Below the pieces are notes generated by a model that searched no databases, had not been told where the DNA came from, and saw nothing but the letters and a program-made list of their open reading frames with translations. 64,000 bases of DNA from an uncultured Oligoflexus sp. Lineage in GTDB: Bacteria; Bdellovibrionota_B; Oligoflexia; Oligoflexales; Oligoflexaceae. Position numbers and translations under genes: made by a program. The stretch's first letter is position 1. Each line of letters starts with the position of its first letter. Location: NCBI GenBank assembly GCA_964236955.1, contig CAXSGP010000004.1:1-64000 (forward strand). The letters are read 5' to 3'. Below are positions 58,735 to 64,000 of the stretch, piece by piece.

Positions 58735-59181
58735 ATGAGTGAACAAAAGCGTAAGCTTACCAATTTCCTGTTGCAGCCTCTTCTGCAGGTTCGACTCGGT
58801 CTCTACGCAATACTTCTGTCACTGGTCTTTGGGATCAGCGTCTTTGCCATCATCTATATCAACTTCTATAAGTTCTATGATCTCGTTCTGGAACTTACTG
58901 ATTTGCGCGAGGAAGTCTCGGAGATCCTCAATTCTTACATTCATGGTATCGTTGTGTGGATGCTCCTGGCGCTGATTGTCTATTTCGTGATCACCGTCGC
59001 CATTTCTATCTTTTTCACCCATCGATTGGTAGGACCGACCTACGCTTTTCGTCGACATATCAAAGACCTTTCGCGGGGCAACTACGCGTCACGGGTCGTC
59101 CTTAGAAAAGGCGATGCTTTTCAGGAAGTCGCCGATGATCTAAATGAACTTGCCGTCAAGCTTGAGAAGCGCCAAACCTGA
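58735..59181 (+). CDS. Small 2-TM HAMP-domain protein
   Basis: Two TM helices, then THRLVGP..F.RHI..L..G.Y..LRKGD.FQEVA..LNELA. Confidence 0.8.
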   Translation: MSEQKRKLTNFLLQPLLQVRLGLYAILLSLVFGISVFAIIYINFYKFYDLVLELTDLREEVSEILNSYIHGIVVWMLLALIVYFVITVAISIFFTHRLVGPTYAFRRHIKDLSRGNYASRVVLRKGDAFQEVADDLNELAVKLEKRQT

Positions 59182-59196
59182 AAGCGAGGTCTGTCC

Positions 59197-60138
59197 TTGA
59201 GTGCCCACTCTGCCGATTGGTTTGCGAGCGGCCTTGGAGCCGACCTTCCCGCAGGTCTCGATAGAATTCTCCGTCAGGAACAAAGCAAGATTCACTTTGT
59301 GCAGGCCCTGCGTAATGCATTAGTGAATCCCGCAGCGCATGCTCCCGATCAAATCCGCCTCCTTCACGACGATGTCAGAGCCCTTGAAAAAACCCTGCGG
59401 CTTCGCGTCGGGCTCTTGCCGCTTGACAAACCGCAGGCCTGGTTTCGTTCCAGCGTTCCAAGCGATAATGACAAAAGCCCCATAGCAAGCACCAGCTATC
59501 ATGAACCTATTTTTATGGCTTTTGAGGAATCCCAAGCCATGTCCCTCAGACAGTTGATTCCTGAGTTCTGGAAGCAGGCTGTGGTGGCGACGGATCGCTA
59601 TAATCCAGGGTCTTCCCTTTGGGGACGGCTTTTGGCGCTTAACAAGCGGCTGCATGCCCTAAATAATCTCCGCTCGCCATTTCAGGATATTTCGCTGGAG
59701 GAGCTGCCGGACGCCATTCCTGATGAATTAAACAGTCCCTCGCTCAATCAATTTGGACTCCAGATTGCAACGCGTATCAAGGCCTGTCGCAATGATCTCG
59801 AAGCCTCTTACGGTTTTCTATGGGCCCGTACGGAATCCTTTCTCTATGCCCAGCATATCCAGTATATGGCGCAAAAATCCCGCAATAGCTGGCAGGCGAA
59901 GCCCAAAGATGAACCAGAGAGGCCCCCTTCGCCGCCGATTCCAAAACGTAAACTCAGTCCTCTCGAGGAGGCCTTGAGCTTTATGAGCTTTTCCCGACTT
60001 CCCAGTTTTTCCGACCTGCGGCATCGCTATCGGGCAATGGCTCAGGCCCTTCATCCCGATCGAGGGGGCTGCGAGGAGCGCTTTAAGCTCCTCACGTTGC
60101 ATTACCAGGCACTTCTGAAGCAGCTCCAGCGCTTTTAA
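59197..60138 (+). CDS. Protein with C-terminal J-domain
   Basis: LRHRYRAMAQALHPDRGG..F..L...Y; TTG start after GAGG. Confidence 0.8.
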   Translation: MSAHSADWFASGLGADLPAGLDRILRQEQSKIHFVQALRNALVNPAAHAPDQIRLLHDDVRALEKTLRLRVGLLPLDKPQAWFRSSVPSDNDKSPIASTSYHEPIFMAFEESQAMSLRQLIPEFWKQAVVATDRYNPGSSLWGRLLALNKRLHALNNLRSPFQDISLEELPDAIPDELNSPSLNQFGLQIATRIKACRNDLEASYGFLWARTESFLYAQHIQYMAQKSRNSWQAKPKDEPERPPSPPIPKRKLSPLEEALSFMSFSRLPSFSDLRHRYRAMAQALHPDRGGCEERFKLLTLHYQALLKQLQRF

Positions 60139-60354
60139 GAGCCCTACATTTATCCAATTTGACACGTTGCTGCCTCTCGGCAAACCCCCTATTGTCATTT
60201 CAATCGGGGTCTTAACTGCTATCCCGCCGGAACGCCTTCGATAAGTTGGCATAATTTATCAACTTAGAGGATTATCTCCTTGCGAGGCCACGTAAGGATT
60301 GTTAATTCAAGGCCTTGTTCCGTGTATCCGGAGTCATCCGGAAGGGGTTATTTT

Positions 60355-61551
60355 ATGAAAGCTTTGTTCCCGATTTTCAAAAGTCATCCCGATCTCGTCT
60401 ATCTCGATAGCAATGCCACGAGCCAAAAGCCCGAGGTCGTCATCGAGGCGATCGAACGATATTACCGCAGCGAGAACGCGAATGTTCACCGAGGTGTCTA
60501 TCAACTCTCGGAGAATGCCACGCGTTTTTTTGAAGAATCCCGACTGCGCATAGCAGCGTATATCAATGCCGAAGCTCCCGAAGTGATATTCACTCGCGGA
60601 ACCACTGAGGCGATCAATCTCGTTGCTCACTCCGGTGGTCAGGCTTTTCTAAGGGCTGGTGATGAGATTGTACTCACAGTCTGTGAGCATCATTCCAATA
60701 TCGTACCCTGGCAAATCGCGGCGGAGCGGCATGGAGCGAAGATCCGCTATATTCCTCTGAATGCCGATCGGCGACTCGATCTCGACGAGGCCCGTCGTTT
60801 GATTACAAGTAAAACGCGCATGATCTCGATTGGCCATATTTCCAATGTCCTGGGCATAATCCATCCCATTCGTGAGATTATCAAAATGGGCAAAGCCGTT
60901 GGTGCGCTGACCATGATTGACGGTGCTCAGGCCATTCCTCATCTGCGGGTTGATGTCAAAGAGCTCGATTGCGATTTTTATGCTTTCAGCGGCCATAAGG
61001 CTTTTGGACCGACTGGTATCGGCGTCCTTTTCGGCCGTAAACCCTTGCTCCAGGTCATGCCGCCCTATCAGGGCGGCGGTGATATGATAGAAAAAGTGAC
61101 GCTCGAAGGCTCGACCTGGAATGAACTCCCAAGCAAATTCGAAGCGGGCACCCCGCATATTGAAGGCGTCATCGGTCTGGGTGCGGCGATTGATTTTCTA
61201 AAAAGTCTTCCCTTGGAAAAAATACTAAGCCACGATCAGGCCCTTGGTCGCCTGCTTGTCAAACGATTGCGGGAAGAATTTCCTCGCGTGCAGATCATGG
61301 TTGAACCGGGTGAAGACTGGGTAGGAACCGTTACGATCGCGCATGCCAATATTCATCCCCATGACTTAGCAGCGGTGTGCGATGGTGATCATATTGCGAT
61401 ACGAGCCGGACACCACTGCGCCCAGCCATTGATGGAAGTGCTTGGCGTCAAAGCTACGGCGCGTATCGCCCCTGGACTTTATAATGACGAAGCCGATATT
61501 GAACGATTCCTCGGCGCACTGCGCAAAGCTGAAAAATTATTTTTGACTTGA
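60355..61551 (+). CDS. sufS: Cysteine desulfurase, class II
   Basis: YLDSNATSQKP, NVHRG, EHHSN, FSGHK, RAGHHCAQPL. Start moved to ATG 60355. Confidence 0.95.
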   Translation: MKALFPIFKSHPDLVYLDSNATSQKPEVVIEAIERYYRSENANVHRGVYQLSENATRFFEESRLRIAAYINAEAPEVIFTRGTTEAINLVAHSGGQAFLRAGDEIVLTVCEHHSNIVPWQIAAERHGAKIRYIPLNADRRLDLDEARRLITSKTRMISIGHISNVLGIIHPIREIIKMGKAVGALTMIDGAQAIPHLRVDVKELDCDFYAFSGHKAFGPTGIGVLFGRKPLLQVMPPYQGGGDMIEKVTLEGSTWNELPSKFEAGTPHIEGVIGLGAAIDFLKSLPLEKILSHDQALGRLLVKRLREEFPRVQIMVEPGEDWVGTVTIAHANIHPHDLAAVCDGDHIAIRAGHHCAQPLMEVLGVKATARIAPGLYNDEADIERFLGALRKAEKLFLT

Positions 61552-61560
61552 GATCAGACC

Positions 61561-61980
61561 GTGACCGAACAGTGGAAAGCTATAATTCTCGACCACTACA
61601 GAAACCCTCGTCATTACGGCGAGTTAAATCCATTTTCTTTCGCCTCGGAGCAGCATAATCGCACCTGCGGCGATATGGTAAAAGTTTTTGCCGCCATCGA
61701 CGCCAATGGAAAGGCGCGGTTTAGTTTCACGGGGGCTGGCTGTTCGCTTTGCCTTGCTAGCGCTTCGCTTATGATGGAACTGCTACAGGACCAAACTTTA
61801 GCGGATGCACGAAAGGTCCATGATGAATTTCAAGCGATGTGGTCCCTGGGCGCCGAGAGCGGAGGATTAGCCAATTGGCAGGCACTCGACGGACTGCGAC
61901 GGTATCCCGTGCGATCACGCTGTGTAAAGCTGTCCTGGCAAGCCCTTGAAGACATCATCAGGCTTTGGATGGCAGCTTAA
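61561..61980 (+). CDS. sufU: SufU/NifU-like sulfur-transfer protein
   Basis: ILDHYRNPR, TCGD, GCSLCLASASLM, RSRCV.L.W; 9 bp after sufS. Confidence 0.88.
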   Translation: MTEQWKAIILDHYRNPRHYGELNPFSFASEQHNRTCGDMVKVFAAIDANGKARFSFTGAGCSLCLASASLMMELLQDQTLADARKVHDEFQAMWSLGAESGGLANWQALDGLRRYPVRSRCVKLSWQALEDIIRLWMAA

Positions 61981-62150
61981 GGCGGAGCTGATGAAGACAT
62001 TTTTCAGAGGGCCAAAGTGTAAGGAAACGTGGGGATGCCGAAGAGAGTTGATCAGCGCCCACGCGAGAGTATAGCTAAGTAAAAAAAATCGAGTCTTCCC
62101 TATAGAAGACCCGATTGCCATGAGAAGAAGGATAGATAAGCTTAGGGAAG

Positions 62151-62171
62151 CAAGAGGCCATGGACCTCTTG
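62151..62171. terminator. Hairpin just downstream of lon
   Basis: CAAGAGG-ccatgga-CCTCTTG. Confidence 0.45.
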
Positions 62172-62178
62172 TGTCGTA

Positions 62179-64000
62179 TTAGATTTGAAAGACGCTAGGG
62201 TTGATGGTGCCTTCCGTGCCAGCAAGTTCGGAGAGAGGATGACCTTTCAGCGACAGGCCCAAAGCGCGCTCCAGAAGTTCTTCAACCGTTTGAACACAGA
62301 TAAACTCAAGCTCATTTCTTACTTCCTCCGGCACATCCTGAATGTCCTTGCGATTGCGTTCCGACAGGATGATGGAGCGGATACCAGCTCTATGAGCCGC
62401 GAGTACTTTTTCCTTGATTCCACCCACCGCAGTCACCGTGCCCCGCAGAGTAATCTCTCCGGTCATAGCCAGGCGAGGGTTAACCGGTCGTTTACTGAGG
62501 AGTGAAATCAGTGCGGTGAGCATCGTCACACCCGCCGAAGGTCCATCTTTTGGTATCGCTCCTGCCGGCACATGGACATGAATATCAGTTTTATCAAAAT
62601 CAACCCCTGCATCAAACAGCGGTAACATCGATCGAGCATGAGTCATGGCAATCTGCACCGATTCCTTCATGACATCGCCCATCTGTCCCGTTAGGGTCAG
62701 CTGTCCTTTGCCCTTCATCGATTTCGCTTCGATAAAGAGGATGTCACCGCCCATCGGGGTCCAGGCCAGGCCTGTAACGACACCTGGAGGCATATGAGCT
62801 TCGGCAACTTCCGGTGTAAAGCGCTCATGGCCCAATATTGGCTCCAAGGCTTTTACGCCAAGCGTAATTGTTCCCTCCGTTTGCAGTATTTTTTCCGTAC
62901 TCCCACGAATAAGGGCCGCCATTTTACGCTTCAACTCGCGAACCCCAGCTTCGCGCGTGTAGTGAGTCACGACTCGGAGCAGGGCGTCCTCGGCCAGTAT
63001 CAAACGCTCCTTATTAACACCATGCTCTTCAAGGGCCTCGGGCCATAGATGCTGCTTCGCAATGTGGAGCTTCTCCGCTGTTGTATATCCCGACAGTGAG
63101 ATGATCTCCATACGGTCCCGCAGCGGGGCAGGTATCGTATCGAGGCTGTTGGCCGTTGCGATAAACATGACCTTGGACAGATCATAGGGTGCTTCCAGAT
63201 AATGATCCCGGAAGTTCTTGTTTTGTTCTGGATCGAGCACTTCCAGCAAGGCGGCAGCGGGGTCACCGGTGTAACCTTGAGACAGTTTGTCGATCTCATC
63301 GAGAAGGAACACGGGATTGTTCGACTTCAACTGTTTCATCGCCTGGATGATGCGGCCTGGTCTGGATCCCAAATAGGTTCGGCGATGCCCACGGATTTCC
63401 GCCTCATCCCGCACGCCGCCCAGCGAAGCCCTGACAAACTCACGGCCCATCGCTTCAGCAATGCTCCTGCCCAAGCTGGTTTTACCAACACCAGGAGGGC
63501 CCACCAAAAGCAGAATCGAACCCTTGAAGTTTTGTTTGAGTTTCAAAACCGCAAGGTGCTGAACGATGCGATCCTTAACCTTTTCCAGACCATAGTGGTG
63601 GGCATTCAGGATCTCTCTTGATTTATCAAGATCAATCGCCGCCGTCCCCTTGCTGCCCCAAGGCAGGTTGAGTAAAAGGTCAAGGTAATTTTGTATGCCT
63701 GGAGCTTCCGGTGAATTGCGTTCCATCGATGCAAATCGCTCGGCTTCCTCAAGACCTATTCTCTGAATCTCCTCGGGCATGTCCTCATGCTCTTCGAAAC
63801 GTTTCTGATAGTTGTTTTTTTCTGTGGAACGCTCACCCAGTTCCTCCTGGATTAAGCGCATCTGCTGCCGAAGTACGGCATCACGATTCTGTTTGCTGAC
63901 ACGATTCGATACCTTTCGGCCTATTTCGGCACGGACTTCCAGACTGTGTTTCATGTCCTGCATGAGCTCCAGCAGTTTGGCCAGCCGAACCTTTAAGGAT
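62179..64000 (-). CDS. lon: ATP-dependent Lon protease (5' end outside window)
   Basis: [30 protein letters not shown]; the frame stays open to the window edge. Confidence 0.97.
   Translation of the reverse strand, partial: SLKVRLAKLLELMQDMKHSLEVRAEIGRKVSNRVSKQNRDAVLRQQMRLIQEELGERSTEKNNYQKRFEEHEDMPEEIQRIGLEEAERFASMERNSPEAPGIQNYLDLLLNLPWGSKGTAAIDLDKSREILNAHHYGLEKVKDRIVQHLAVLKLKQNFKGSILLLVGPPGVGKTSLGRSIAEAMGREFVRASLGGVRDEAEIRGHRRTYLGSRPGRIIQAMKQLKSNNPVFLLDEIDKLSQGYTGDPAAALLEVLDPEQNKNFRDHYLEAPYDLSKVMFIATANSLDTIPAPLRDRMEIISLSGYTTAEKLHIAKQHLWPEALEEHGVNKERLILAEDALLRVVTHYTREAGVRELKRKMAALIRGSTEKILQTEGTITLGVKALEPILGHERFTPEVAEAHMPPGVVTGLAWTPMGGDILFIEAKSMKGKGQLTLTGQMGDVMKESVQIAMTHARSMLPLFDAGVDFDKTDIHVHVPAGAIPKDGPSAGVTMLTALISLLSKRPVNPRLAMTGEITLRGTVTAVGGIKEKVLAAHRAGIRSIILSERNRKDIQDVPEEVRNELEFICVQTVEELLERALGLSLKGHPLSELAGTEGTINPSVFQI

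Noticed and set aside
1..64000. CRISPR arrays, tRNA/rRNA, IS elements, prophage or canonical defence systems
   Set aside because: No repeat-spacer periodicity, RNA gene signature, transposase, integrase or recognisable defence gene found by eye; the only tandem repeats are short and coding.

Overview
Gene-dense chromosomal window of roughly 50% GC (estimated by eye) with about 55 CDSs. I saw no rRNA, tRNA, CRISPR array, transposase, integrase or phage genes. The gene content includes 7TM-fused class III cyclase and CheA-like sensors, a DUF3015/DUF4105 operon, many orphan lipoproteins and beta-barrels, GTP-type PEPCK and sigma-28-like promoters. This suggests Bdellovibrionota, probably Oligoflexia (inference, not a database result). 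Housekeeping and metabolic genes: secB, yebC, cysE-cysK, thrS, ggt, moeB, cydAB, ahpC, P5C dehydrogenase, pckG, sufS-sufU and a partial lon. Best leads: (1) a DUF3015-DUF3015-DUF4105 (Lnb-like His/Cys domain plus beta-barrel tail) operon; (2) a stand-alone divergent DisA_N/DAC-fold protein; (3) a translationally coupled DUF3943 / beta-barrel / PAP2 operon with shared C-terminal beta-hairpin tails; (4) several intact ORFs that have lost key catalytic residues (CheA-like sensor, FadD-like ligase, GIY-YIG domain); (5) a recurring sigma-28-like promoter in front of orphan, mostly exported proteins; (6) a leader with mutually exclusive SD/anti-SD helices. All family calls come from motif recognition by eye. 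Several start codons were moved from the ORF track to match ribosome-binding sites.
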